Notes: generated by a model not told the origin, from the letters alone. 64,000 nt of DNA from an uncultured Gluconobacter sp. (GCA_937880175.1 CALFLO010000176.1:4177-68176); one strand, 5' to 3'. Positions 35,106 through 44,469 are shown, numbered from the stretch's first letter. Numbers and translations are program-made.

Positions 35106-37763
35106 TCAGGACAGGGCGTCCTGAACCAGTTTTTCCTGTTGCACCGCATGCGCGCCGGGCAGCCCGGTCGCGGGTGAGGCTGCGCCTTCGCGACCGACAT
35201 AATCCGGGCGCTGCACGCGATGATTGCAGCCGCGCAGGGCACGCTCGATGCGACGGTCCACGAAAATCCACGCGCCGTTGTTCTGCGGCTCTTCCTGACA
35301 CCACAGGACCTGTTCCGCGTCCGGATGGCGGACGAGCTGCTCCATCAGGGCGTGATGCGGGAACGGGTAGAGCTGCTCGACGCGGATGATGGCGACGTCT
35401 TCGCGGTTCTGGCGTGTGCGTTCGGCGACGAGATCATAATAGACCTTACCAGTGCACAGGATGATGCGTCGTGCACCTTCTTCCTTTGCCGGGTCTGCGA
35501 TGACGGGCTGGAAGCGCGTGTGCGGTCCCATGGCGTCGAGCATTGAGACCGCATCCTTGTTGCGCAGCAGGGATTTGGGCGTGAAGACGACCAGCGGCTT
35601 GCGGCAGCGGCGCGCGATCTGGCGACGCAGGGCGTGGAAGTAGTTGGCGGGCGTGGTGATGTTGCACACGCGCATGTTGTTTTCAGCGCAGAGCTGAAGG
35701 ATGCGCTCCGGGCGGGCCGAGGAATGTTCCGGGCCACCGCCTTCATAGCCATGCGGGAGGAGGAGCGTCAGGCCGGAGGTCCGCAACCACTTGGTTTCAC
35801 CCGACGCGATGAACTGGTCGAGAATGATCTGTGCGCCATTGGCGAAATCGCCGAACTGCGCTTCCCACAGGACCAGCGCTTCCGGATCGCCAAGGGAATA
35901 GCCGTATTCGAAGCCGAGGACGGCATATTCCGAGAGCGGCGAGTTCCAGATGTTCAGCGGCGCCTGATGGGGGGCGATATGGGTCAGCGGCGTGTCTTCG
36001 CGACCTGTGTTCTGATCGAACAGAACCGCATGACGCTGGCTGAACGTGCCACGGCGGCTGTCCTGCCCTGACAGGCGGACGGGGTGCCCGTCCATCGACA
36101 GGGTGCCGAAGGCGAGGGCTTCGGCAGTCGCCCAGTCGAGCGGTCCGCCATCGGCGACGGCTTTGCCGCGTGCGACGATCTGCCGGGCCAGACGCGGATG
36201 GACGGCAAGGTTCTCGGGAATGGTGCCGATCGCGTCCCCGACTTCCTGCAGGCGCCGGAGGGGCACGCCGGTCATCGGCTGGATGCGGTCCTGCTCGTCC
36301 TGCAGGCGCGTGGGGTCTTCGGGGCCGTCCAGCCAGTCCGTACTGTTGGGCCGGTAGGTTTTGGACGTTTCGAACTGTTCTTCCAGCCGGCGCTGGAAAT
36401 GCGCCCACATCTCCTCGACCTCGGCTTCGGTCATGATCCCGTTGCGGACCAGGTGATCGGCATAGAGGCTGCGGGTTGTGGCGCGGGACTGGATGGCGTG
36501 GACCATCGCAGGCTGTGTGAAGGCGGGTTCGTCGGCTTCGTTATGGCCGTGGCGGCGATAGCAGACCACATCCAGCACGATGTCGGACTGGAAGGTACGC
36601 CGCCATTCATGCGCCAGCAGAGCGCAGCGGGAGACGGCTTCGGGGTCATCGCCGTTGACGTGCAGGATCGGAGCCTGAACGGATTTGGCGATGTCGGTGT
36701 TGTACAGGCCGGAATGGGCGTCGGACTGAACGGTGGTGAAGCCGATCTGGTTGTTGATGATGACGTGAACCGTCCCCCCCGTCCGGTAGCCTTCCAGCTT
36801 TGACAGGCTGAGGGTTTCGTAAACGACGCCCTGACCGGCGAAGGCGGCGTCACCATGAACGAGAATGCCCAGATGGTGCTGGCGGTCGTGATCTTTTTCG
36901 CGGTCCTGATCGGCGCGGACACGGCCGAGCACGACCGGGTCCACTGCTTCCAGATGGGAGGGGTTGGGCAGGAGCGAAATACGGACGGTATGGCCCGCAT
37001 GTTCGAGCGTTGTAGCCGTGCCAAGATGGTATTTCACGTCGCCCGAACCCTGAATGGTGTCGGGCTTGAAGGACGCGCCGGCGAATTCGCTGAAGATGGC
37101 GGCGAAGGGCTTGCGCAGGATGTTGGCCATCACGTTCAGGCGGCCACGATGGGGCATGCCGAGCGAGACGGAGCGCACGTCGTCCTGCGCGGCGGCATCA
37201 ATCAGCGTGCGCAGGGCCACGATCACGCTTTCACCGCCTTCGAGGCCGAAGCGGCGCATGCCCATGAAACGCTTCTGGCAGAACTGCTCGAAACCCTCGG
37301 CACGGGTCAGGGCGAGGAGAATGCGCTTCTGGTCGAGTGACGGGTCGGGAGCCGGGTTTTCCAGACGGTCGATCCACCACTGGCGCTGGGCCTGATCCTG
37401 AAGATGCATGAACTCGACCGCCGTCGTGCCGCAATAGGCGCGGCGCAGACGGGCGATCAGGTCCCGGTCTGCGCCGGGCGGAGACAGTTCAGGAATGTCG
37501 GGTGTGGGCGCGAGGCCGAGCGGATCCAGTGCTGCGATGGAATGTCCGCGCAGGCGATAGGCGAATTTCAGGCTCTCGGCACTGGCGTCGGCCTGTTCAG
37601 CCGTGTCCGGGTCGGTCAGGCGGTCGGAGCCGAGGGTCTCGAACAGGGACGCGAAGGCCGGGTCCACGGAGGCCGGGTCGTGCTGCCAGCGTGTGTGCAG
37701 CTCCGCCAGATAGACGGTGTTTTCGCCGTTGATGGCGTCCCGGTCATCGCGATGGTCGCCCAT
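35106..37763 (-). CDS. sucA: 2-oxoglutarate dehydrogenase E1 / 2-oxoglutarate decarboxylase (TPP-dependent)
   Basis: 885 aa with E1o motifs (RFGLEGGES, GDAAFAGQGVV, LLPHGYEGGGPEHSSAR). No sucB or lpdA lies adjacent. Confidence 0.92.
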   Translation of the reverse strand: MGDHRDDRDAINGENTVYLAELHTRWQHDPASVDPAFASLFETLGSDRLTDPDTAEQADASAESLKFAYRLRGHSIAALDPLGLAPTPDIPELSPPGADRDLIARLRRAYCGTTAVEFMHLQDQAQRQWWIDRLENPAPDPSLDQKRILLALTRAEGFEQFCQKRFMGMRRFGLEGGESVIVALRTLIDAAAQDDVRSVSLGMPHRGRLNVMANILRKPFAAIFSEFAGASFKPDTIQGSGDVKYHLGTATTLEHAGHTVRISLLPNPSHLEAVDPVVLGRVRADQDREKDHDRQHHLGILVHGDAAFAGQGVVYETLSLSKLEGYRTGGTVHVIINNQIGFTTVQSDAHSGLYNTDIAKSVQAPILHVNGDDPEAVSRCALLAHEWRRTFQSDIVLDVVCYRRHGHNEADEPAFTQPAMVHAIQSRATTRSLYADHLVRNGIMTEAEVEEMWAHFQRRLEEQFETSKTYRPNSTDWLDGPEDPTRLQDEQDRIQPMTGVPLRRLQEVGDAIGTIPENLAVHPRLARQIVARGKAVADGGPLDWATAEALAFGTLSMDGHPVRLSGQDSRRGTFSQRHAVLFDQNTGREDTPLTHIAPHQAPLNIWNSPLSEYAVLGFEYGYSLGDPEALVLWEAQFGDFANGAQIILDQFIASGETKWLRTSGLTLLLPHGYEGGGPEHSSARPERILQLCAENNMRVCNITTPANYFHALRRQIARRCRKPLVVFTPKSLLRNKDAVSMLDAMGPHTRFQPVIADPAKEEGARRIILCTGKVYYDLVAERTRQNREDVAIIRVEQLYPFPHHALMEQLVRHPDAEQVLWCQEEPQNNGAWIFVDRRIERALRGCNHRVQRPDYVGREGAASPATGLPGAHAVQQEKLVQDALS

Positions 37764-37899
37764 GAACTCGTCTCCTGTGTCCCTGAGGCCGGGCTCCTGT
37801 CGGGGCAGCGCGGATCCGGGGTCCTGTCTTGATGGCCGCGCACTCTAGCGGATTGGCAAAATGGGGCCAATCGCCGTCTGCCCCAATCTTTGGTCTGTT

Positions 37900-38862
37900 T
37901 CAGAGACCGAAGCCGCGTTTCATGGCGTCGATCCGGCGTGCGATGGAGCGGGTGGCGACCGGTGTGTCTGTCTGGTCGAAGATATGGCAGGCGCCGGGTA
38001 CGATTTCCAGCTCTACAGAGATCCCCTGATGGATCAGGCGCTGTGCGTAGGCGAGATTTTCATCCAGAAACAGGTCCAGCGCGCCGACACTCAGATAGAC
38101 CGGGGGCAGATCGGACAGATCGGTTGCGCGGGCGGGCGCGGCATAGGGCGAGACGTCTGCCGAACCGGGCACTACGGGATTGAGGAGGGCCGTCCACATG
38201 AAGGTGTTGCTGGCGCGGGTCCACAAGAACTCCCCCCCGACGGGAGATGCGTCAGGCTGACCCGTCGTCGTGCGGTCGTCAAGCACGGGATAGATGAGGT
38301 TCTGGAACAGGAACGTCGGCCCTTCGCGGTCGCGGGTCAGGAGGGCCAGTCCGGCAGCCAAGCCACCGCCCGCGCTCTCGCCGGTCAGGCCGATGCGGGC
38401 GGGATCAATCCCGAGCGTGTCGGCGTTCCGCGTGATCCAGCAGAGTGTGGTGTAGGCGTCCTCGATCGCGGCGGGGAACGGGTGTTCGGGAGTCAGACGG
38501 TAATCCGGGGAGATGACCACACAATCCAACTCCTGTGCGAACTGGCAGAGCTGGGTCGTGGTGAGTTCGGGCTGTCCGGCGAAATAGCCGCCGCCATGCA
38601 GATGCAGCAGCGCTGGGCGCGAGTTTGTGGCGTCCTTGCGGGGACGAGCGGTCAGGAGGCGGATCGCGGGTGCGTTGTCCGTTGCGGGAATGGTCAGGCG
38701 TTCGAGCGTGACCGGATAATCTTCGGCCTGAAGGAAGGACTGGCCAGAGGCCTGCTCCAGCCCCTCGCGGAAGGCGGGCAGGGATTCGGGGGAAAGATCG
38801 ACAGTCGGGATTTCGTCAAGGAATGGGAGAAGTTCGGGGAGGACAAGCGGGCGTGTGTTCAT
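37900..38862 (-). CDS. alpha/beta hydrolase, HSL-family esterase/lipase
   Basis: 320 aa counted from MNTRPLVLPEL. Oxyanion motif HLHGGGY and nucleophile elbow GESAGGG. The longer track ORF (to 39159) has an implausible Arg/Gln-rich leader. Confidence 0.85.
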   Translation of the reverse strand: MNTRPLVLPELLPFLDEIPTVDLSPESLPAFREGLEQASGQSFLQAEDYPVTLERLTIPATDNAPAIRLLTARPRKDATNSRPALLHLHGGGYFAGQPELTTTQLCQFAQELDCVVISPDYRLTPEHPFPAAIEDAYTTLCWITRNADTLGIDPARIGLTGESAGGGLAAGLALLTRDREGPTFLFQNLIYPVLDDRTTTGQPDASPVGGEFLWTRASNTFMWTALLNPVVPGSADVSPYAAPARATDLSDLPPVYLSVGALDLFLDENLAYAQRLIHQGISVELEIVPGACHIFDQTDTPVATRSIARRIDAMKRGFGL

Positions 38863-39054
38863 GATGGAAATGCCTTGGTGCGAAAATGTATGAAAACTGA
38901 GGCAGGAAAATCGTGCGGAATTCCAGTGGTCGGACCGCTTGAAGGCAAAAATCTGTTCGTGGTGCCACAAAGTTGCCGCAACTTTTAAGGCCCGAGAGTC
39001 GTCTTGGTCACTGACCGGTCGTGCGCCGGCCTTGTTGGAGTGGGAGTTTCGCTG

Positions 39055-39378
39055 ATGCGTGCTCTGCTGTTTCTTGCGGTTCTGACGGGAAGTGGTCTTG
39101 CGCTGACGAATGTGTCGGCAGGCGCGCAGGAACCGCGTCGGGACGATCTGTCGGCCCATGCAGTTTTAACGGATGATGTCGGCCAGTCCGGTGTGGACCG
39201 CCGGATGCTGGAATGCCGGACCGATCCACGTCTTCTTCATACGGTCTGGGACGGGCGTTCCTCGTCGCTTCCGGGGCCGCATGTCTGCATGGGCGGCGCG
39301 AACCGCCTTGGGGCAGGATATGTCCGCTATCTGGCAACGAGCCGGATGGTCCGGGCGCATAAGCCGTTGCGGGGGTAA
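39055..39378 (+). CDS. hypothetical secreted protein (107 aa)
   Basis: Signal peptide MRALLFLAVLTGSGLALTNVSA. Codon usage is plausible. I recognise no motif. Confidence 0.4.
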   Translation: MRALLFLAVLTGSGLALTNVSAGAQEPRRDDLSAHAVLTDDVGQSGVDRRMLECRTDPRLLHTVWDGRSSSLPGPHVCMGGANRLGAGYVRYLATSRMVRAHKPLRG

Positions 39379-39458
39379 TATTCTTTCGCAAAAGGCAGGT
39401 CTCACATGTGTGGAATAGGCCTTGTCGCCGACGTGGGCCGCGTCTAGCCTTCCGCGCC

Positions 39459-40097
39459 ATGAGCAGGATTTCCCTTGATTATGATGCGTTCGAGAGCACG
39501 CCCGTTGCGGAAAAACCGTTTCCGCATCTGGTGGTGCCGCATTTCATCGGCAACGAGGATCTGAAGGCGGTTGTCTCCGATCTGCCGGAAATGAAATCCG
39601 GCGGCTCTTTCCCACCGGAAGCGCTGAAGCTGACGCCGCGTGTCTCAGCCATGATTGCGGAACTGCAGGGGCCGAAGCTCAAGGCGCTCGTGGCGGAAAA
39701 ATTCGGGCTGGATCTGGCGGATGCGCCGACCATGCTGACGGTGCGTGGGCGTACGCGGGAAAAGGACGGCCGGATCCATCGGGATTCGGAAGCCAAGCTG
39801 GTTACGATCCTGCTGTATCTCAATCCGCGCGGAGAGGACTGGGCCTCACGCGATGGTTGTCTGCGACTGTTGAACGGGCCGGATGACGTCGAGGATTTCG
39901 ACGTTGAGGTGACGCCGACGGAAGGGACGCTTCTGGTGTTCCCGAACGGTCCGGCAACCTGGCACGGGCACCGGCAGTTCGTGGGAACGCGATATGCGAT
40001 CCAGCTCAACTACATGGCGACGGGGCGCAAGGCCCGCTACGAACTGCGGCGGCACCGTCTGTCGGCGCTTTTAAAGCGTCTGCCCTTTTCGGGCTGA
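39459..40097 (+). CDS. 2OG-Fe(II) oxygenase superfamily protein
   Basis: 212 aa counted from MSRISLDYDAF. HxD-type site (RIHRDSE) with a distal His (TWHGHRQ) and a double-stranded beta-helix pattern. Confidence 0.7.
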   Translation: MSRISLDYDAFESTPVAEKPFPHLVVPHFIGNEDLKAVVSDLPEMKSGGSFPPEALKLTPRVSAMIAELQGPKLKALVAEKFGLDLADAPTMLTVRGRTREKDGRIHRDSEAKLVTILLYLNPRGEDWASRDGCLRLLNGPDDVEDFDVEVTPTEGTLLVFPNGPATWHGHRQFVGTRYAIQLNYMATGRKARYELRRHRLSALLKRLPFSG

Positions 40098-40120
40098 TTT
40101 TCAGGGAACGGGAAAAGATC

Positions 40121-41185
40121 ATGGGTTATCGGGTTGCGGTTGTTGGCGCCACGGGTGCGGTGGGGCGTGAACTGCTGCGAATTCTGGCGGAGCGGGACTT
40201 TCCGGTGGACGAGGTTGTGGCGCTGGCCTCGCCGCGCTCCACGGGACGCGAGATTTCCTTCGGGGACAAGAAAGTCCTGAAGGTCCAGAATCTCGAGACG
40301 TTCGATTTCAAGGGCTGGGACATTGCGCTGTTCTCGCCGGGCGGCGCGATTTCGGCCGTTTATGCCCCCAAGGCTGCGGCTGCGGGATGTGTGGTGATCG
40401 ACAACACGTCGCATTTCCGCATGGAGCCGGGTGTGCCGCTGATCGTGCCGGAAGTGAACGCGGCTGCGATCGGCAAGGCGAGCCGGGGCATCATCGCCAA
40501 CCCGAACTGCTCGACGGCGCAGATGTTGGTCGCCCTCAAGCCGCTGCATGACCTGTTCCGGATCAAGCGCATCGTGGTCTCGACCTATCAGGCGGTTTCG
40601 GGCGCCGGCAAGGACGGGATGGACGAGCTGTTCGCCCAGACCAAGGGCACCTTCGTCAACGATCAGCCGACGGTGGCGCAGTTCACCAAGCAGATTGCCT
40701 TCAACGTCATTCCCCATATCGACCGTTTCATGGACGACGGTGCGACCAAGGAAGAATGGAAGATGGCCGTCGAAACCCGCAAGATCATGGATCCGGACAT
40801 CAAGGTTCTGGCGACATGTGTGCGCGTTCCGGTGTTCATCGGGCACTCGGAAGCCATCAGCATCGAGTGCGAAAAGCCGGTTGATCTGAAGAAGGCGCGT
40901 GAAGCGCTGCGCAAGGCGCCGGGCGTGATCCTGCGCGATGAGCGTGAAGACGGTGGCTACGTCACGCCGATCGAATGTGTGGGCGAGGATGCAACCTATG
41001 TGTCGCGCCTGCGGATTGATCCGTCGGTCGAGAACGGTCTGGCGCTGTGGTGCGTATCCGACAATCTACGCAAGGGCGCGGCCCTCAATGCGGTTCAGAT
41101 CGCGGAAAGCATCGTGAAGCAGGGACTTCTGAAGGACGGACAGCTTTTCCGCCGTAATGAAGTGCCGGACGAAGATGAAGACTGA
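40121..41185 (+). CDS. asd: aspartate-semialdehyde dehydrogenase
   Basis: VAVVGATGAVGRELLRIL Rossmann start and the active-site region IIANPNCSTAQ. Confidence 0.95.
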   Translation: MGYRVAVVGATGAVGRELLRILAERDFPVDEVVALASPRSTGREISFGDKKVLKVQNLETFDFKGWDIALFSPGGAISAVYAPKAAAAGCVVIDNTSHFRMEPGVPLIVPEVNAAAIGKASRGIIANPNCSTAQMLVALKPLHDLFRIKRIVVSTYQAVSGAGKDGMDELFAQTKGTFVNDQPTVAQFTKQIAFNVIPHIDRFMDDGATKEEWKMAVETRKIMDPDIKVLATCVRVPVFIGHSEAISIECEKPVDLKKAREALRKAPGVILRDEREDGGYVTPIECVGEDATYVSRLRIDPSVENGLALWCVSDNLRKGAALNAVQIAESIVKQGLLKDGQLFRRNEVPDEDED

Positions 41186-41188
41186 GCG

Positions 41189-42076
41189 ATGACGGCGTCC
41201 CGTACCGAGACTGTTCTTGCGGCCAACGAGGATATCGAGCGCCTGCCGCTCGATATCCTTCTGGACCGGCTTCTGACGTCCCAGAAGGCGGCGCTGGACC
41301 GGGTCGGGGAGGCATTGCCGTCCATCGAACGGGCCGTTGAGGCCGCCGTGCCCCGCCTTCAGGCTGGGGGGCGGCTGGTCTATGCGGGGGCAGGGACGTC
41401 CGGGCGGATCGGATTGCAGGACGGTGTTGAACTGACGCCGACCTTTGGTGTGGCGCCGGAGAAGCTGGTTCTGCTGCTCGCCGGTGGGGCCGGGGCGACA
41501 ACCCAGGCTGCGGAAGGTGCGGAAGACCGGGAAGATCAGGCGCGGCTTGATCTCATGGAATATCACCCCACCGAACATGACGTGGTGATCGGCGTCGCAG
41601 CCAGCGGCAACACGCCCTACACCTGCGCCGTCGTTCAGGTCGGACGGGAAGTGGGCGCACTGACGATCGGTGTCAGCGGGAATCCGGCCTCCCGCCTGTT
41701 GCGCGAAGCGGAACTCGGGGTCTGTATTCCGACGGGGGCCGAGGTTTTGGCGGGTTCGACACGCATGGCTGCCGGGACTGCGCAGAAAGTCACGCTGAAC
41801 CTGTTTTCCACGGCGCTGATGACCCGTCTGGGGCATGTCTATCGCGGACGTATGGTGGATATGCGTATCAGCAACGACAAGCTTCAGGCACGAGCGGAAC
41901 GCATGGTCATGGAGTTGGCTGGCGGGACGGCCGAAGAGGCGCGGGAAGCGCTGAGGCTGGCGCAGGGGAACACGAAGCGTGCTGTTCTGCTGCGGCGCGG
42001 TGTCGCGCGGGCAGAGATTGAGCCACTACTGGAACGTTCTCAGGGCGATCTGCATTTGGCGCTCGCCGGGCTTTAA
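41189..42076 (+). CDS. murQ: N-acetylmuramic acid 6-phosphate etherase
   Basis: SIS-domain motifs GRLVYAGAGTSGRIG and GVAASGNTPY, and LAGSTRMAAGTAQK. Confidence 0.88.
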   Translation: MTASRTETVLAANEDIERLPLDILLDRLLTSQKAALDRVGEALPSIERAVEAAVPRLQAGGRLVYAGAGTSGRIGLQDGVELTPTFGVAPEKLVLLLAGGAGATTQAAEGAEDREDQARLDLMEYHPTEHDVVIGVAASGNTPYTCAVVQVGREVGALTIGVSGNPASRLLREAELGVCIPTGAEVLAGSTRMAAGTAQKVTLNLFSTALMTRLGHVYRGRMVDMRISNDKLQARAERMVMELAGGTAEEAREALRLAQGNTKRAVLLRRGVARAEIEPLLERSQGDLHLALAGL

Positions 42077-42164
42077 GTGCAGTGTTTTGGCCTTCTGGCC
42101 ATGCGCTATCTGCCGGAACTGCGGGAAGAGCGATCTGACGACCCTCCCGCAGCAGTAATGCGGA

Positions 42165-42587
42165 TCAGACGGAAGCGAGTTCGGGCCAGCCGGTTTCCGG
42201 GCGGTCGAGATGCTTCAGAAGGTCATGGTCCGGTGTGTTGACGAGATCCTTGACTAGAGTCTTGAAAAGCTTCTTGCTCGTCGGCTTGTCGAGATGCTCG
42301 CGGATTTCATGGGACGCCTGCGCCGGGGCAACAAGGAAAATACCTTCGACGTCGCTGTTCAGCGCGACCTTGTTGATATGGCCAGCCAGATCACGGGTGA
42401 AGTGTTCTTTGAGCTGCTCGTGCGGATTTTCGCGCGGAGCCTTGATGGCGGCAACGTCCTTTTCCGCGCTGGAACCCTTGTGCAGGTCGAAGCTTGCAAT
42501 GGTGCGGAGCTGTGCGCCTTCGAGGCGCAGGAAGCGGGCTTTTTCGCCGTCGGCGACAACGTAAATGACGGGGTCCTGTGTAGCCAT
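42165..42587 (-). CDS. host-attachment-protein-family protein
   Basis: 140 aa counted from MATQDPVIYVVADGEKARFLRL, which resembles the Host_attach family N-terminus. The upstream extension in the track ORF is unlikely. Confidence 0.55.
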   Translation of the reverse strand: MATQDPVIYVVADGEKARFLRLEGAQLRTIASFDLHKGSSAEKDVAAIKAPRENPHEQLKEHFTRDLAGHINKVALNSDVEGIFLVAPAQASHEIREHLDKPTSKKLFKTLVKDLVNTPDHDLLKHLDRPETGWPELASV

Positions 42588-42836
42588 GTCTGGAAAACCT
42601 TGTTTCGAAATCTGATGATGTATCTGTAACAGCTTCGAGATGGGATGGTTGCCTGCGGACGACAAGGCCGTTCAGAGTCGTATTCCATTAAGTTATTGAA
42701 AATATTTGAATATTTCATTTTCTTGAATGTTTTTTGAAAAATTCGGATTTTTTTTGTTGAAACACGCAGAAGATATGCCCAATCTCTGAATTGAGCTTAC
42801 CGGAAAATCTTTTCCAAAGGCTCAAAGGAGGCAAGT

Positions 42837-42968
42837 ATGGCTCTGACGAATACTCTTCTGCCGTATGTTGGTCCCATGACCGTCGCTGTTGCGGTGTTTG
42901 CCTATACTTTGCTGCAAGGGACCCGGAAACCGGATGTTTCTTATGCGAAAGTAAGGCACCGACGATAG
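42837..42968 (+). CDS. small single-TM membrane protein (43 aa; not in the ORF track)
   Basis: Canonical SD AAAGGAGG lies 6 nt before the ATG. The product is MALTNTLLPYVGPMTVAVAVFAYTLLQGTRKPDVSYAKVRHRR. A hairpin GCGTCCC-gcaa-GGGACGC (42968-42985) starts at the last base of the TAG stop codon. Confidence 0.4.
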   Translation: MALTNTLLPYVGPMTVAVAVFAYTLLQGTRKPDVSYAKVRHRR

Positions 42969-43044
42969 CGTCCCGCAAGGGACGCGTATCTTCTACGTTT
43001 TACCCCTTTTCTAAGTGCGTGCCCGGTTCCACAGTGAGGGCACC

Positions 43045-44076
43045 ATGGCTTTCATACACAAGACTCCCAAAGTTGCTCCTCCGCCAGAAGGTCGGACGGG
43101 TATCCTCCTTATCAATCTGGGAACGCCTGATGACACAGGCTATGTCTCGGTAAGGCGATATCTGAGCGAGTTTCTCTCTGACCGTCGCGTCATCGAGAGT
43201 TCTCCCCTGATCTGGCAACCGATCCTCCAGGGCATCATCCTGACAAAACGTCCTTTCGCCAGCGGCGCAAACTATGCGCGGATCTGGCACAAGGAAGAAA
43301 ATGCCTCCCCGCTGCGTGTTTATACACGTCGGCAGGCCGAAGGGCTGGCTGAGCGCCTGCGTGCAGACGGCGTTCCGGTCGAATGGGGCATGCGCTACGG
43401 TCGTCCGTCCGTTGCCAGGGCTGTTGAGAGCCTTATGGATCAGGGTTGCGACCGGATCGTCAGTATCGCGCTTTATCCGCAGTATTCCGCGACGACAACC
43501 GCAACTGCCAATGACCAGCTTTTCCGGGCTCTCATGCGTCTGCGCCGTCAGCCCGCCGTTCTGACCGTTCCGTCATTCCCGGATCATCCTGCGTTTATCC
43601 GCGCCCTTGAAACATCCGTTCATGACACGCTTGGAGGTCTGAGCTTCAAGCCGCAGCAGATCGTGGCGTCGTTTCATGGTCTCCCCAAGACCTGTATCGA
43701 AAAGGGCGATACCTATCGGGACGAGTGCGAGCGCACGATCGCGGCGCTGCGTCAGGCACTGGGGCTGAGCGAGGAGCAGATGCCGCTGACATTCCAGTCC
43801 CGTTTCGGGCCGCTCGAATGGGTTCAGCCCTATACGGCTCCATACGTCAAAGGTCTGCCGGCTCAGGGAATCACAAAGATTGCCGTCATCATGCCAGGGT
43901 TCATGGTGGACTGCCTTGAGACGCTGGATGAAATCGGCAACGAGCTTCGTGAGGAATTCATGGAAGCGGGAGGTGAAGAGTTCGCCCTTGTGCCTTGTCT
44001 GAACGACTCGAAAGGCGCGGTTGATCTTCTCGAAGAGCTGTCCCGGTCGGCCATGGCCGGGTTTCATCGCGGCTGA
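43045..44076 (+). CDS. hemH: ferrochelatase
   Basis: 343 aa counted from MAFIHKTPKV. Motifs GILLINLGTPD, SFHGLP and MPGFMVDCLETLDEI. Confidence 0.93.
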   Translation: MAFIHKTPKVAPPPEGRTGILLINLGTPDDTGYVSVRRYLSEFLSDRRVIESSPLIWQPILQGIILTKRPFASGANYARIWHKEENASPLRVYTRRQAEGLAERLRADGVPVEWGMRYGRPSVARAVESLMDQGCDRIVSIALYPQYSATTTATANDQLFRALMRLRRQPAVLTVPSFPDHPAFIRALETSVHDTLGGLSFKPQQIVASFHGLPKTCIEKGDTYRDECERTIAALRQALGLSEEQMPLTFQSRFGPLEWVQPYTAPYVKGLPAQGITKIAVIMPGFMVDCLETLDEIGNELREEFMEAGGEEFALVPCLNDSKGAVDLLEELSRSAMAGFHRG

Positions 44077-44100
44077 ACGTCACTGCTGTCAGTTTTCGTC

Positions 44101-44135
44101 AAAACCCCACCCGCTCCCGGGTGGGGTTTTTTTTT
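44101..44135 (+). terminator. intrinsic terminator of hemH
   Basis: AAAACCCCACCCG-ctcc-CGGGTGGGGTTTT with a T9 run. Confidence 0.8.
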
Positions 44136-44175
44136 GTGTAAATTCCGTGCCGGAAAGGCCGCAAAGATTTTTAGC

Positions 44176-44204
44176 TTGCATTGCGCGCAGCGTTTTCCTA
44201 TAAC
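44176..44204 (+). promoter_or_regulatory. sigma70-like promoter TTGCAT-N17-TATAAC
   Basis: It has near-consensus -35 and -10 hexamers with 17-nt spacing. It sits between the hemH terminator and a second terminator. Confidence 0.4.
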
Positions 44205-44210
44205 TGTGGC

Positions 44211-44305
44211 ACTGAGCCATAAAACATAGTCAAAAACTGGTTCTAAAAAGCAATTTCAGACAAGAATTTCCAGAAAGGCCGTTCCCTCCGGGAGCGGCCT
44301 TTTTT
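44211..44305 (+). ncRNA. candidate small RNA of about 95 nt, or a terminated leader of the levansucrase gene
   Basis: The predicted transcript runs from the promoter above to the terminator GGCCGTTCCC-tcc-GGGAGCGGCC plus T6 (44277-44305). The interval contains no ATG. Confidence 0.35.
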
Positions 44306-44386
44306 GTTGCTTTCGTCAGAAGAAGACGCGTCTTCCTGCATCAGTATTCAGGCTCAGGGTAGGATTTTGTCCATTTCTTCTGTTTT

Positions 44387-44431
44387 GCCTCCAGTAACCG
44401 GATCCGGATCGGATTTCCGGTTACTGGAGGC
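44387..44431 (+). promoter_or_regulatory. 16-bp-arm perfect hairpin in the levansucrase 5' region
   Basis: GCCTCCAGTAACCGGA-(13 nt)-TCCGGTTACTGGAGGC, followed by a U-rich tract (TTCTTTTCATTTTCT). It ends 38 nt before the ATG. Confidence 0.4.
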
Positions 44432-44469
44432 CGTCTGATTCTTTTCATTTTCTAATTACGGGAAAAATC

